From: Nitrospiria bacterium | GTDB taxonomy: Bacteria; Nitrospirota; Nitrospiria; DASWJH01 | Length of the DNA stretch: 64,000 nt | NCBI GenBank assembly: GCA_036397255.1 | Contig: DASWJH010000053.1 | Location: forward strand, 12,772 to 76,771 | Direction of reading: 5' to 3' | Shown here: in pieces, positions 9,418 to 19,953 of the stretch | Layout: each line of letters starts with the position of its first letter | Numbering within the stretch: the first letter of the stretch is position 1 | The notes under the pieces: generated by a model | What the model was told of the DNA's origin: nothing | What the model saw: the letters and a program-made list of their open reading frames with translations, nothing else | The model's database searches: none | Made by a program: the position numbers and the translations under genes

Positions 9418-9966
9418 ATGGAAACACCCGATGAAGAACTGGTCATTCAGGTTCAAAAAGGGGAATCTTCTCTTTTTAATACACTCGTGGAGCGGTATCA
9501 ACGCAGAATTTATGGGGTGGTATTGGGGATGGTCCATCATCGGGAAGAAGCTCTGGATTTAGCCCAGGAGGTGTTTCTAAAGGCTTATAAATCCTTACCC
9601 CAATTTAAGGGTCACTCTCGTTTTTATACCTGGTTGTATCGGATTGCAGTTAATACGGTGATTGATTTTCGCCGGAAATCCAAAGGGATGCAAACCTTTT
9701 CTATCGATGATGAAAGCATCAAAGAGATTCCCGGAAATACAGCCTCCCCGGATCGGCAGGCTATTAATCAGGAACTCAAGGGAGAACTTCACGCAGCATT
9801 AGATTCTTTACCCGAAGACCAGCGGGCCATTATTATTCTCAGAGAATTGGAAGAGCTTTCCTATCAGGAAATTGCGGATACCTTTGAATGTTCTATCGGT
9901 ACGGTGATGTCTCGGTTGCATTATGCAAGAAAACGGCTTCGAGAAAGGTTAAAATCGTATCTTTAA
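9418..9966 (+). CDS. ECF (sigma-24/sigma-E family) RNA polymerase sigma factor
   Basis: Sigma-70 region 2 (YRIAVNTVIDFRRK) and region 4 (LSYQEIADTFECSIGTVMSRLHYARKRL); 182 aa. Confidence 0.85.
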   Translation: METPDEELVIQVQKGESSLFNTLVERYQRRIYGVVLGMVHHREEALDLAQEVFLKAYKSLPQFKGHSRFYTWLYRIAVNTVIDFRRKSKGMQTFSIDDESIKEIPGNTASPDRQAINQELKGELHAALDSLPEDQRAIIILRELEELSYQEIADTFECSIGTVMSRLHYARKRLRERLKSYL

Positions 9967-10009
9967 TATAGGGAGACAGGGCAGGTTTCCTTGAACTTAG
10001 GTTTTTTTA

Positions 10010-10726
10010 GTGAACATGGAAAATAAAAGAGATTGCGAATCATTTGAGATCTTGTTAACAGGTTACCATGATGGGGTTTTGTCCCCCGCTGAACACCGCA
10101 AGGTTGAACAACATCTTAAAGACTGCGCGGACTGCTCCCTTGCCCTAAGAGAAATGGTAAGAATCGGGGAGATTATGAGGGAAACCTTGCAAGAGGAGGT
10201 TTCCTCTCAGGACTTCAAAGATTTTCCAAAACCCATCCAATCCCAAGTTAAATTAAAGGATTTTCCATTTGATAGCCCCAGAGGTTTTTCCTGGAAACCG
10301 TTTTTATTTCCTTCCGCAGTGGCCGCTGGGGCCCTTGGATTGCTGTTGGGCTTTGTTTTATGGTTTGAAACCCAGGATCAAAGAATGGGGCCCTTTACTG
10401 TGTCAATTCCTGGGGTGCAGACTGCAGGACCGGAAAGGGAGAAAATCCAGGGTGATTTGGGTTTAGGTATTCGAAATTATGCTTTGCTTCAATTTATATT
10501 GGGGGAGAGGGAAAGGGCTTATCAGGAAATGCTCTCTTCCATCCAATCTTCCCCTTCTTTTGGTGAAAACCCTGGAGCCTATCAGGAGGATTTGGGGAGA
10601 ACCATTCGTGACTTTGCTTTTATCCGCCATATTGGGACTTATCTGGGTGGAACTCAGCAGGAGGTTATTGGAAAGGGTATCCGTGATATGGCAAAAATCC
10701 AATATTTATCGGAATCAAAAACATAA
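10010..10726 (+). CDS. Anti-sigma factor (zf-HC2/ChrR-like N-terminus, single TM)
   Basis: Immediately downstream of the ECF sigma gene. N-terminal HxxxCxxC zinc-finger-like motif (HLKDCADCS). Central TM helix (FLFPSAVAAGALGLLLGFVLWF). Confidence 0.6.
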   Translation: MNMENKRDCESFEILLTGYHDGVLSPAEHRKVEQHLKDCADCSLALREMVRIGEIMRETLQEEVSSQDFKDFPKPIQSQVKLKDFPFDSPRGFSWKPFLFPSAVAAGALGLLLGFVLWFETQDQRMGPFTVSIPGVQTAGPEREKIQGDLGLGIRNYALLQFILGERERAYQEMLSSIQSSPSFGENPGAYQEDLGRTIRDFAFIRHIGTYLGGTQQEVIGKGIRDMAKIQYLSESKT

Positions 10727-10763
10727 AAAGACTCCTTTCTGAATTTCAGATTGAACCCATCCT

Positions 10764-11972
10764 TTAAGTCCGATAGGACGCATTGATCCTCACATAGTCA
10801 TAAGAAAAATCACAGGTCCAGATTACCCATTTTCCCTTCCCCGTATGGAGGTCCAGTGTGATGACAATATTTTTCCCTTTTAAATACTGATTGATTTTTT
10901 TTTCTGAAATTCTTGGATTAGTGGTTCCGTTTTTTACCAAGGGCATCCCCCCAAAGGAAATATCCACCTGCTTTTCCGATATTTTTAACCCACAATTTCC
11001 CACCGCTGACAGGATGCGGCCCCAATTGGCATCCTCTCCAAAAAACGCTGTTTTGACCAGAGGGGACAATGCAACTGCTGTCCCAACCTTTTTCGCCCAT
11101 TGAGAAGAAGGGGCTCCCTGTACTCTGAGTTCTACAAATTTGGTTGCCCCTTCCCCGTCCCTGACAATTTTTTGCGCCAAGTCTGTACAAACCTTCTGCA
11201 AAAGAGCGGAAAATTTTCTGAAAAGAGGTCCTGACCCTTGAAGGGGGCCCACGGATTTTTTCCCGTTTGCCATGCATAGCACCATATCATTTGGACTCAT
11301 ACAACCATCTACGGAAATAGAGTTAAAACTGGTTTCCACCGCCTGATGCAAGGCCTTTTGCAGTATATTATAGGGAATCCGAATATCGGTAGAAAGAAAA
11401 CACAACATGGTGGCCATATTAGGATGGATCATTCCGCTCCCTTTTGCAATTCCTCCAACAGTAATGACCTTATTGTTGATTTTGGTTTGGTAAGCGGTTT
11501 CTTTAATTTGGGTGTCTGTGGTCATGATGGCCTGAGCGGCTGCCCGGCTCCCTTTTGGAGAGAGGTGACGAACGGCATCTGAGATGTTTAGGAGGATTTT
11601 TTCCAAGGGAAGGGGGGCACTGATTACACCCGTCGAGGAAACTCCCACACGGTCGTTTTTTAGATGGAGAGACCGAGCCGTTTCTGCTGCCATGGCGTTG
11701 GCATCCCTGAGCCCTTTGGTGCCGGTAAAGGCATTGGCATTTCCGCTGTTGATTACCACAGCCTGGAGTTGATGCTTTTTAGACAGATGTCTTTGGGTGA
11801 CTTTCAAGGGGGCGGATTGAAATTGGTTGGCCGTAAAAACCCCCGCCGCGGTAGATGGAACATCCGAGTAAATTAATGCCAAATCGGGTTGTTTTTTTAA
11901 TTTAATCCCACAATGGAGGCCGGAGGCGAAGAATCCTGTGACCGCTGTAATTCCACCTTTTACTTTTTTCAT
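10764..11972 (-). CDS. argJ: Bifunctional ornithine acetyltransferase / N-acetylglutamate synthase
   Basis: ATMLCFLSTD autoproteolytic site motif; 402 aa. Confidence 0.85.
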   Translation of the reverse strand: MKKVKGGITAVTGFFASGLHCGIKLKKQPDLALIYSDVPSTAAGVFTANQFQSAPLKVTQRHLSKKHQLQAVVINSGNANAFTGTKGLRDANAMAAETARSLHLKNDRVGVSSTGVISAPLPLEKILLNISDAVRHLSPKGSRAAAQAIMTTDTQIKETAYQTKINNKVITVGGIAKGSGMIHPNMATMLCFLSTDIRIPYNILQKALHQAVETSFNSISVDGCMSPNDMVLCMANGKKSVGPLQGSGPLFRKFSALLQKVCTDLAQKIVRDGEGATKFVELRVQGAPSSQWAKKVGTAVALSPLVKTAFFGEDANWGRILSAVGNCGLKISEKQVDISFGGMPLVKNGTTNPRISEKKINQYLKGKNIVITLDLHTGKGKWVIWTCDFSYDYVRINASYRT

Positions 11973-12007
11973 TTGGATGACCCTTTTTGCGGAAGGAATG
12001 GACTATT

Positions 12008-13087
12008 TTATGGAAAAAAACCTGGATCCCTCAAACCTAAGGTTTCCGGATAGTTCATCATGAGGTTCATATTTTGAATGGCCTGTCCCGCGGCCCCTTT
12101 TCCCAGATTATCAATGGCCGTAAAAATGGTAAAGCAGTTGGCGGATGATGTAGGGGCTAAACCGATCTCGCATCCATTGGTGCCAAGGACATGCCGGGTA
12201 TTGGGATACTCACCTTCGGGAAGGAGCCAAATAAAAGGCTCGTTTGAATAGGCTTCCCGATACTCAGCAAAGAGATCCTGGGTTGAAATCGACCGGTTCA
12301 TTTTTACAAATAGTGTGGTAAGTATCCCCCGGCTCATGGGAACTAGATGGGGCACGAAGGTCATGGGGATTTTCTTTTGGGCCAAAGAAGTGATTTCTTG
12401 TTCAATTTCCGGGGCATGCCGATGCTTCCCAACTTGATAGGGGCCCAACCCCTCATTCACTTCTACAAAATGTGAGGCCAGGCTGGGAGACCTCCCTGCA
12501 CCGGAGACCCCCGATTTGGCATCGATGAAAATCTCCTCTGGTTTCAGGTGCTTAAGGTTGAGCAATGGGTATAGACCCAAGAGGGCGCCTGTGGGATAAC
12601 ACCCAGGGTTTCCAATTAAATGGGCTTTGCGAATCTTTTCTCGGTGAAATTCGGGAAGTCCATAAACCGCGTCACCAAGAAGATGGGGATGGCGGTGGGG
12701 AAGTTGGTACACCTGCTCATAAACCGCTGGATTGTTAAACCGGTAATCGGCACTTAAATCCACCATTCGCTTTCCTGCCTTGAGAAGATTGGCCACGGGA
12801 TCCATGGCCGTTTTGTGGGGCAGAGCCAAAAAGATAAAGGAACAAGTGCTTGCAATCTTTTCCGGTTGAAAGGCCTCAAACTTCAAAGAGGAATAGCAGC
12901 CCCCCAGGGAAGGGAAAAATTTTTTGATGGGCTGGCCAGCCTTCTGCTCGGAGGTGATGGCGGCAATTTCAACATTGGGGTGGCGATAAAGAAGTCTTAA
13001 AAGTTCAACGCCGGTATATCCACTTGCTCCAACTATGGCAACCTTTAAGGGTGAATTGGTTTTTTGAATTGAATTTTTGGTTTCCAT
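12008..13087 (-). CDS. argC: N-acetyl-gamma-glutamyl-phosphate reductase
   Basis: NAD-binding VAIVGASGYTG and catalytic-Cys region GNPGCYPT; 359 aa. Confidence 0.85.
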   Translation of the reverse strand: METKNSIQKTNSPLKVAIVGASGYTGVELLRLLYRHPNVEIAAITSEQKAGQPIKKFFPSLGGCYSSLKFEAFQPEKIASTCSFIFLALPHKTAMDPVANLLKAGKRMVDLSADYRFNNPAVYEQVYQLPHRHPHLLGDAVYGLPEFHREKIRKAHLIGNPGCYPTGALLGLYPLLNLKHLKPEEIFIDAKSGVSGAGRSPSLASHFVEVNEGLGPYQVGKHRHAPEIEQEITSLAQKKIPMTFVPHLVPMSRGILTTLFVKMNRSISTQDLFAEYREAYSNEPFIWLLPEGEYPNTRHVLGTNGCEIGLAPTSSANCFTIFTAIDNLGKGAAGQAIQNMNLMMNYPETLGLRDPGFFP

Positions 13088-13166
13088 TTTATTTTCAAGA
13101 AAGGGTTTTCAATAAAAAAGGGAAGGCCAAAAGGGCCTTCCCTCAAAATGGGTTTGGATCCCCCAA

Positions 13167-13565
13167 TTATCTTTTGGAGAATTGAAACCGTTTTCGAGCC
13201 CCCTTCTGCCCGTATTTTTTTCTCTCTTTTACTCTGGAGTCTCTTGTGAGTAAACCTTCTTTTTTCAAAGGGTCCCGTAATGCAGGGTCAATTGCCAAAA
13301 GGGCTTTTGAGATGGCATGTTGAACCGCACCGGCTTGCCCTGAAGAACCGCCTCCTTTAACCTGAGCCCGTATATCAAATTGTCCGGAAAGGTTTGAGAT
13401 GTTAATAGGATGTTGAATGATCATCAGTAAGGTTTCACGTCCGAAAAATTGATCGGCAGCTCGATGGTTAACGGTTACATTGCCCGTGCCCCTTTCCAGC
13501 CAGATTCTTGCAATGGCGTTTTTCCGCTTTCCGGTAGCATAGTAGGTATTTCCTTTATCTTCCAA
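13167..13565 (-). CDS. rpsI: 30S ribosomal protein S9
   Basis: C-terminal ...KKYGQKGARKRFQFSKR typical of S9. Confidence 0.9.
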   Translation of the reverse strand: MEDKGNTYYATGKRKNAIARIWLERGTGNVTVNHRAADQFFGRETLLMIIQHPINISNLSGQFDIRAQVKGGGSSGQAGAVQHAISKALLAIDPALRDPLKKEGLLTRDSRVKERKKYGQKGARKRFQFSKR

Positions 13566-13579
13566 AACGGTGTCTCCTT

Positions 13580-14008
13580 TTATGAATCCACGGCCTGGGG
13601 TTGTTGGGGTTCGTGGGGATGCTGAGTGCCTTTATATACCTTTAATTTTTTGATCATGGCCCGCCCTAATTTATTTTTTGGGAGCATGCCTTTGATCGCA
13701 AGGGTGATCATCCTTTCAGGTTTTTCTTGGAAGAGTCTTTGGGCCGGAATTTCTTTTAATCCACCGGTGTATCCTGAATGATGGTAGTAAACTTTTGATT
13801 GGAGTTTCTCACCCGTTAGTTTAATTTGATCCGCATTAATAACAATCACGTGATCCCCCGTATCCACATGAGGGGTAAAGATCGGTTTATGTTTCCCCCG
13901 AAGAAGGCTCGCCACCTTCGAAGCTAAACGACCTAAAACTTTATCTTTTGCATCTACCAACAACCATTTTCGCTCAATGGTTTCTATCTTTGCACTAAAG
14001 GTTTTCAA
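13580..14008 (-). CDS. rplM: 50S ribosomal protein L13
   Basis: N-terminal KTF..K...ERKWLLVDA... is a typical L13 signature. Confidence 0.9.
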   Translation of the reverse strand: MKTFSAKIETIERKWLLVDAKDKVLGRLASKVASLLRGKHKPIFTPHVDTGDHVIVINADQIKLTGEKLQSKVYYHHSGYTGGLKEIPAQRLFQEKPERMITLAIKGMLPKNKLGRAMIKKLKVYKGTQHPHEPQQPQAVDS

Positions 14009-14222
14009 TTTCTTCTCCTTTTTTAAACCTACGAAATCTATCAGATTGAAACAGTTTTTGTCAAGGAAAAAGTTTGATTTTGGAGAATAGGTGAAGTCTT
14101 TGAAGTTGCCTTCACGGGCCTTTTTGCCAGGGTTTTAATGGGTTTACCTGAACTTTTTTGTTGACTTGTTCCCACCGTTTGCTTTGAATAGAATTTTAAT
14201 TCATTTTAAGAACCCTTAATCG

Positions 14223-14687
14223 ATGGAAGGAGCGATTTTGAACTTACCAGCAGGTTTGAATATCCATGACCAAAAAAACCTTTTTAAAGTGTGCAGGCAA
14301 ATTGACTTTTGCTATGGTCACAGGTTGCTTCATTATGATGGAAAATGTAAATTTCCCCATGGACATAATGGTCGTGTTGAAATTGAAATTGTTTCCGAAA
14401 CCTTGGACCAGCGCGGAATGGTAGTGGATTTTAATGATATCAAACGGGTCATTCAAGCCTGGATAGACCAGGAACTAGATCATCGAATGCTTTTAAACCG
14501 ACTGGACCCTTTGGTTAAGCCCTTACAGGACCTTGGGGAGCCAATTTTTTTAATGGATGAAAATCCAACGGCCGAAAACATTGCAAAATTAATATATCGT
14601 TATGCTGTCTCACAGGGATTTGCGGTAACTCAAGTTAAACTTTGGGAGACTTTAAACTCCTTCGCTGTTTATGAAAGAGCCCGGTAA
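14223..14687 (+). CDS. queD: 6-carboxy-5,6,7,8-tetrahydropterin synthase / 6-pyruvoyl-tetrahydropterin synthase family
   Basis: CxxxHGH zinc motif (CYGHRLLHYDGKCKFPHGHNGRVEIEI); 154 aa. Confidence 0.8.
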   Translation: MEGAILNLPAGLNIHDQKNLFKVCRQIDFCYGHRLLHYDGKCKFPHGHNGRVEIEIVSETLDQRGMVVDFNDIKRVIQAWIDQELDHRMLLNRLDPLVKPLQDLGEPIFLMDENPTAENIAKLIYRYAVSQGFAVTQVKLWETLNSFAVYERAR

Positions 14688-14715
14688 AGCATGGGGATAA
14701 TCTAATCAAGGGGTT

Positions 14716-15759
14716 TTATGTTCCGGTTTTGGGAGAACCCGGTTTTTCTTTCAGTTTAAGGAAGGAGAATTGCGCTGCGTTTTTATGAATGGCGGAGATT
14801 TCGTCCACGGATAAACGGTCTAAAAGAAGGTTGGCTTCCCGAATCTGGTCCGTGGCTGAGACGGTTGTATTGTCTGTGCAAATAGCGACTGGGACTCCAT
14901 GTTCTAGAAAGGTAAAAATAGGGTGGGGCTCATGGGGTTTCACCGCCCCGGTTTGATAATTAGATGTCATGCAACATTCCACTAAAATTTTATCGCGGGC
15001 AAGGCGTTTGAGAAGTTCACGATCATGTACGGCGGAACACCCATGCCCAATCCGGGTTGCTCCCAAATCATCGATGGCTTGCCAAATACATTCCGGCCCT
15101 TCGTCTTCCCCCGCATGAACCGTTAACCCTAATCCACCTGAATGGGCAATTCGGTAGGCTTCCTGAAACAGAGCAGGAGGGTTTCCCCGTTCGGCCCCTG
15201 CAATATCAAACCCGATCACGCCAGTCCGGTCGTGTAATTGCTGGGCTTCTGAAATAGCTTGTCGCGCCAATATTTTAGCGATGTGGGGCCCTTGTTGACG
15301 CATGGCAATCACAATGAGACCCGCTTCAAGGGGTGCCTGATCCTTTGCATGGTTGATCCCTGACAATACAGAACTAATGGTTTGCCGAAGGGTTAAGCCC
15401 GCAAAGGTGTGCATGACCGGGGAATAACGCAGTTCGATGGTGCGGACGCCCTTCCGATACGCTTCCAGAAGAATTTCCTCAACCACCCGGGATATATTTT
15501 CATAAAATTGTGTGATCCATTGGGGGTAGTGGAATTTGTCTAAATAACGCAGAAGGGTTCCTCGCTCCTCCTCCTGCAGGATCAGGAGGTTTTCCATTTC
15601 TTCAATACTTTCGACGGGATTCAGCCCATGGTCTTTCATGAGTTCCCAGGTCAGAGCGGGCGGAATGGAGCCATCCATATGTTGGTGAAGTTCAATCTTT
15701 TCAATTTGTTGAATCTGATCTAATGGGGTGTTGGCCATTTTTTTTCTAAACCCGTTCAT
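14716..15759 (-). CDS. add: Adenosine deaminase
   Basis: Metal-binding motifs HQHMDGSI ... HAGE ... TDNT; 347 aa. Confidence 0.8.
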   Translation of the reverse strand: MNGFRKKMANTPLDQIQQIEKIELHQHMDGSIPPALTWELMKDHGLNPVESIEEMENLLILQEEERGTLLRYLDKFHYPQWITQFYENISRVVEEILLEAYRKGVRTIELRYSPVMHTFAGLTLRQTISSVLSGINHAKDQAPLEAGLIVIAMRQQGPHIAKILARQAISEAQQLHDRTGVIGFDIAGAERGNPPALFQEAYRIAHSGGLGLTVHAGEDEGPECIWQAIDDLGATRIGHGCSAVHDRELLKRLARDKILVECCMTSNYQTGAVKPHEPHPIFTFLEHGVPVAICTDNTTVSATDQIREANLLLDRLSVDEISAIHKNAAQFSFLKLKEKPGSPKTGT

Positions 15760-15792
15760 CCATTTCTTTGTTACACATTTGAATCTTCCTTT

Positions 15793-16110
15793 TTATCCAG
15801 GGGCCTTTAACAAAACGGTTTTTCCCTCAATTTTAGTTTCAAAAACCGATACCCCAAACCCTTCCTCAGAAGTTGAATACCCTGTTCTCAGATCAAACGG
15901 TATTCCATGCCATGGGCAAATCACCCGGCATCCCTCCACTGTTCCTTCATTCAAGGGACCGCCCTCATGAGGGCAAATATTATGAATGGCGAAAATTTTC
16001 CCATCAATGTTAAATAAAGCAATGGATTTTTTCCCCAAACGGATCAACTTAGAGGATCCTTCAGCAATCTCATTCACCTCAGCGACTTTTATATATTCCG
16101 CCAAATGCAT
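15793..16110 (-). CDS. Rieske [2Fe-2S] domain protein (NirD-like small ferredoxin)
   Basis: CPHEGGPL ... CPWHG Rieske ligands; 105 aa. Confidence 0.7.
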   Translation of the reverse strand: MHLAEYIKVAEVNEIAEGSSKLIRLGKKSIALFNIDGKIFAIHNICPHEGGPLNEGTVEGCRVICPWHGIPFDLRTGYSTSEEGFGVSVFETKIEGKTVLLKAPG

Positions 16111-16268
16111 TTCCTATTCATGAGGTTGGTAAACCCGTTTCTAGTAGAATAATTATAACAGAAACCCTCAGATCCACAAATTTCCAAGAGCCTTAAGATC
16201 TGGTAAAAAACCAAAAGAAAAAATAAGGGGGAACCCTATGGAAATGAAGGTTTTCCCAAGAAGTTTCC

Positions 16269-17630
16269 CTAACTGGCACTGGGCTTGAATTGGATGGCTT
16301 TTTTTAAAACGGTGTAGCCTATCACTCCCGATAAAATAGAGGCGATGAGAATTCCCATTTTGGCTTGTTTTAACATTTCTGGATCTAGAAAGGCCAATCC
16401 TGCAATAAAAAGGGACATGGTGAAGCCAATTCCTCCCAGAATGCTGACACCGTACAAGTGTGTCCATCCCACACCATTGGGCAGTTTGGCCCAGCCAAGC
16501 TTTACCGTTACCCAGGCGAAAAGAAATATGCCAGCCTGTTTCCCCACGAAAAGCCCAAGGATTAAGCCCATTATGATCGGTTCAGAAATTAAAACTCCCA
16601 ATTCCTGAAATGGGATTTCCGTTCCCGCATTTGCAAAAGCAAAAATGGGTAATATGACAAACGTAACCCAGGGGTGAAGGCCGTGTTCAATTCGCTGAAG
16701 GGGGGCTTCCACCCGGTGACAAGAAAATTCGATTTCCTGTATAACGGCTTGTTGCTCTTCCTCCCGTTCAAGAGGATCGTCCACGCGTTCTCGACTCAAA
16801 AAACGTTCCAACAAGTTTTGGATTCTTTTGGCAAACTCGTTTCCGGTTAAAACCGCCCGAGTCGGAATGGTCATGGCAAGCAAAATACCGGCAATGGTTG
16901 CATGAACACCGGATTTGAGAAACGCTAACCACAAGGCAATTCCAAGAATGACATAGACCATTGGTTTTCGAATACCGCCTTTGTTGCAGAGGAAAGAACC
17001 CAGGAGAATGAAAAACCCAGTCACCAAAGGAAGAAGAATAATTTTTTCGCTATAAAAGAGGGCAATCACCAAAACACCCCCCAAATCGTCTACAATGGCA
17101 AGAGCTGTTAAAAAGATGATTAGCCCCGGGGGAATCCCAGATCCTAATAAAGCCAGCGCTCCCAACGCAAAGGCGATATCCGTGGCCATGGGAATCGCCC
17201 ATCCCACCTCGGTGGCATTTCCGAAATTTAGGGTTAAATAGAAAAGAGCGGGAACCACCATTCCCCCCAAAGCACCGGCCATGGGAAGTATCACCCGTTG
17301 AAGGGAGGCTAACTCCCCCGCCAGAACCTCTCGCTTGATTTCTAACCCAACCAAAAAGAAAAAGATGGCCATGAGCCCATCATTGATCCAATGATGAAGG
17401 GTTTTATCGATAGAGAATTCCCCTATCCCGATTTTAAAGGAGATCTCCCATAAATGGTGATAGCCCGAAGAAAAAGGTGAGTTGGCGCATATCATAGCTA
17501 TTCCCGTGGCAACCATTAAAAGGATCCCTCCAATGGCCTCGATTTGGAAAAATTCTTGAAGGGGATGAATGATTAAGGTTTTATTCAGGTTTTTAGGGGG
17601 GTTGGTAGGTTTTGTCTTTCGGGTTTTCAT
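16269..17630 (-). CDS. nhaA: Na+/H+ antiporter NhaA
   Basis: NhaA-type TM architecture with the conserved ALAIVDDLG and GGIGFTMSLFI segments; 453 aa. Confidence 0.85.
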   Translation of the reverse strand: MKTRKTKPTNPPKNLNKTLIIHPLQEFFQIEAIGGILLMVATGIAMICANSPFSSGYHHLWEISFKIGIGEFSIDKTLHHWINDGLMAIFFFLVGLEIKREVLAGELASLQRVILPMAGALGGMVVPALFYLTLNFGNATEVGWAIPMATDIAFALGALALLGSGIPPGLIIFLTALAIVDDLGGVLVIALFYSEKIILLPLVTGFFILLGSFLCNKGGIRKPMVYVILGIALWLAFLKSGVHATIAGILLAMTIPTRAVLTGNEFAKRIQNLLERFLSRERVDDPLEREEEQQAVIQEIEFSCHRVEAPLQRIEHGLHPWVTFVILPIFAFANAGTEIPFQELGVLISEPIIMGLILGLFVGKQAGIFLFAWVTVKLGWAKLPNGVGWTHLYGVSILGGIGFTMSLFIAGLAFLDPEMLKQAKMGILIASILSGVIGYTVLKKAIQFKPSAS

Positions 17631-17640
17631 GCGCCGGTTC

Positions 17641-19419
17641 TTAAAACGGCCAAATTTTTGGGATCAATATGGTGGCCAGAATCCAAAACAGGATATTTAA
17701 AGGGGTTCCCACCCGGAGAAAATCTGAAAATTTGTACTGGCCCGGGCCATAGATGATGGTGTTGGTCTGATATCCCACAGGGGTCATAAAGCTTAAAGAT
17801 GCGGCAAAGGTGACAGCCATTAAAAATGGGCGTGGATTTAAAGACATGGATTCCGCGATTCCGATAGCAATGGGTGCGAGAAGGGCGGCGGTGGCATTAT
17901 TAGACATGACGTTGGTAAGGATCATCGTTAGAAAGAAAAGGGCAGACACCAGTGCTGTAGGCCCCAGTTCTCCAATACTGGAAACAAAAGCGTTTGAGAT
18001 AAACAAGGCGGCCTCTGTTTTTTCCAGGGCAATCCCCAGTGTTAATACCCCAGCCAGGAGAAAAATCACCTGCCATTGAATGGACTGATAGGCCTCCTCT
18101 AATGTGATGCAGCGGGTGAGGACCATCAAAATACATCCTAGAATGGCGCTGACCACAATGGGAAAAATATTTAATGAGGCAGTCAATACCACCGCTGTTA
18201 TAATCATCAGGGCCGGAAGGGTCTTGTGTTTTCGAAACTCGGGTAATCCGGGTGAGGAAACAATAACAAATGCGGGATCTTGTTTTAATTGATTCAGGTC
18301 TTCCCGTTTGAGTCTTAACAAGAGGACATCTCCTGCCTTCAGAGGCGCCACCTCAAGGTTTTCATGCATGACCTCCCCGCGATGCCGAATCGCAAGCACG
18401 GTTGCCCCAAAGTCGTGCCGAAACTGAGACTCAATTAGAGATTTTCCTTCCAATTTGGAATTGGGAGCGATGACCGCTTCCACAAGAGTGACTTCTTCTG
18501 ATTTTAGATCTTTATCCCATAATTTGGTGTCCGACTTTAGAAGAATCCCCTCCCTTTCTTGAAGTTTTTGCACCTTTTGAATATCACACCGGACCCGTAA
18601 AACATCGTTGGCTTGGAGAACCGTCCATAAGGATAGAGGCTGAAGGGAATTTCCATTCCGGTAAACATTGATAATGTCAATGTCCAGATCCTGGATCAAG
18701 GGGGAATCTTTTATCATTTTTCCTGCGGACTGACCTTCAGGGAGCAAAATGATTTCAGTGAGGTAATCGCCCATTTCAAAATTTTTGGTTAAATCTTGAG
18801 GTTTTCTCCGCTCCGGAATGAGGGGAACCCCTATGGCCACCATATAAACCAGACCCGCTCCAAACATGACTAATCCTAAGGTGGTAAACTCAAACATACC
18901 AAAAGGGGGTTGCCCATGTCGTTCCGCGATGGAATCCACCAGGATGTTGGTGGAGGTTCCGATTAAAGTGCAGACCCCCCCAAACATCGATGCAAATGAA
19001 AGAGGAATGAGCCATTTGGAAGGGCTGAGATTGTTGTCCCGAGCCATCCCTAAGACAATGGGTAAAAATATCGCAACAGCGGCGGTATTGTTAATGAAGG
19101 CTGAAATGGTTCCCACCCCGATCATCATGGCAATTAAGGCCATAAGGGTGTTTTTCTTTCCCACAGTTCCTAAGGCGGTTCCGATAAAATTAACAGAGCC
19201 GGTTTTGAATAACCCCGCACTCAGGATAAACATGGCAGCCACCGTTACGGTGGCTACATTACTAAACCCCGAAATTCCCTCTTCAGGTGAAATGATTCCG
19301 GTGATGAGCAAGGCTCCCATCATCATAAGGGCGACCAAGTCAACGGAAATCCACTCCGTGACGAATAAAACAATGGCCAATACAACCAGTCCAATCACCA
19401 AAACCATTTCAAAGGTCAT
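17641..19419 (-). CDS. SLC13/DASS-family anion permease with two central TrkA-C (RCK_C) domains
   Basis: 592 aa. N- and C-terminal permease halves flank soluble TrkA-C-like segments. The stop lies 10 nt upstream of the nhaA start. Confidence 0.8.
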   Translation of the reverse strand: MTFEMVLVIGLVVLAIVLFVTEWISVDLVALMMMGALLITGIISPEEGISGFSNVATVTVAAMFILSAGLFKTGSVNFIGTALGTVGKKNTLMALIAMMIGVGTISAFINNTAAVAIFLPIVLGMARDNNLSPSKWLIPLSFASMFGGVCTLIGTSTNILVDSIAERHGQPPFGMFEFTTLGLVMFGAGLVYMVAIGVPLIPERRKPQDLTKNFEMGDYLTEIILLPEGQSAGKMIKDSPLIQDLDIDIINVYRNGNSLQPLSLWTVLQANDVLRVRCDIQKVQKLQEREGILLKSDTKLWDKDLKSEEVTLVEAVIAPNSKLEGKSLIESQFRHDFGATVLAIRHRGEVMHENLEVAPLKAGDVLLLRLKREDLNQLKQDPAFVIVSSPGLPEFRKHKTLPALMIITAVVLTASLNIFPIVVSAILGCILMVLTRCITLEEAYQSIQWQVIFLLAGVLTLGIALEKTEAALFISNAFVSSIGELGPTALVSALFFLTMILTNVMSNNATAALLAPIAIGIAESMSLNPRPFLMAVTFAASLSFMTPVGYQTNTIIYGPGQYKFSDFLRVGTPLNILFWILATILIPKIWPF

Positions 19420-19620
19420 GGGCTTCTCCTAATTCAAGGGGATTTTCGTTCCAAGCGTAATGCCCTCATGAACCCCCCACCCCGGAAGCCTGGCCGATAT
19501 GGATGACTTTCAGGCAAAGGGGATCGTAAAAGGCTTTCAATTTACTATGGTTTTTCCCCCGGTTCAATACCTTTATTTTAAATCCGTTTGAAAATGGAAA
19601 TTGAGCAGAAGTTTCACACC

Positions 19621-19649
19621 TTGCAAAAATAAATGACACCGCTTATACT
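19621..19649 (+). promoter_or_regulatory. Near-consensus sigma70 promoter (TTGCAA-17-TATACT), about 300 nt upstream of the GT81-like gene
   Basis: ttgcaa at 19621-26, a 17-nt spacer and tatact at 19644-49, read directly from the sequence. Confidence 0.4.
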
Positions 19650-19953
19650 TTGAGCGGTTTGTAAGAAATTAGGGTTTTTGTATTTGAAAACTGGAATCCC
19701 AGGTTTAACGGTCATTCCATTCCGAACCAAATGTTTTAGGTTTTCAATCCACTTGCTTTCATTCCATCAAACGGAATCCATCATTTAATTTCTTAAACAC
19801 TCGGGTCCTTTTGGCCAAAAAATAAAACACAGCTAACGCGCCGTTTGAAGGGATTTTATTCTTTCGGGTTTTATTCAAGTTTTCGGTCATTAGGGAAGGC
19901 CATTGGGTTATTAAGAACCCAGGATGTTTTTTATTAATTCCGGGAGGAAAACC

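Noticed and set aside
14735-14765. Hairpin ccggttttgggagaacccgg plus T-run as a bidirectional terminator between queD and add
   Set aside because: It lies inside the 3' end of the add coding sequence, and the stem is short and imperfect.
16168-16467. 99-aa ORF overlapping the 3' end of nhaA
   Set aside because: It lies in an alternative frame inside or overlapping nhaA, with no domain signature.
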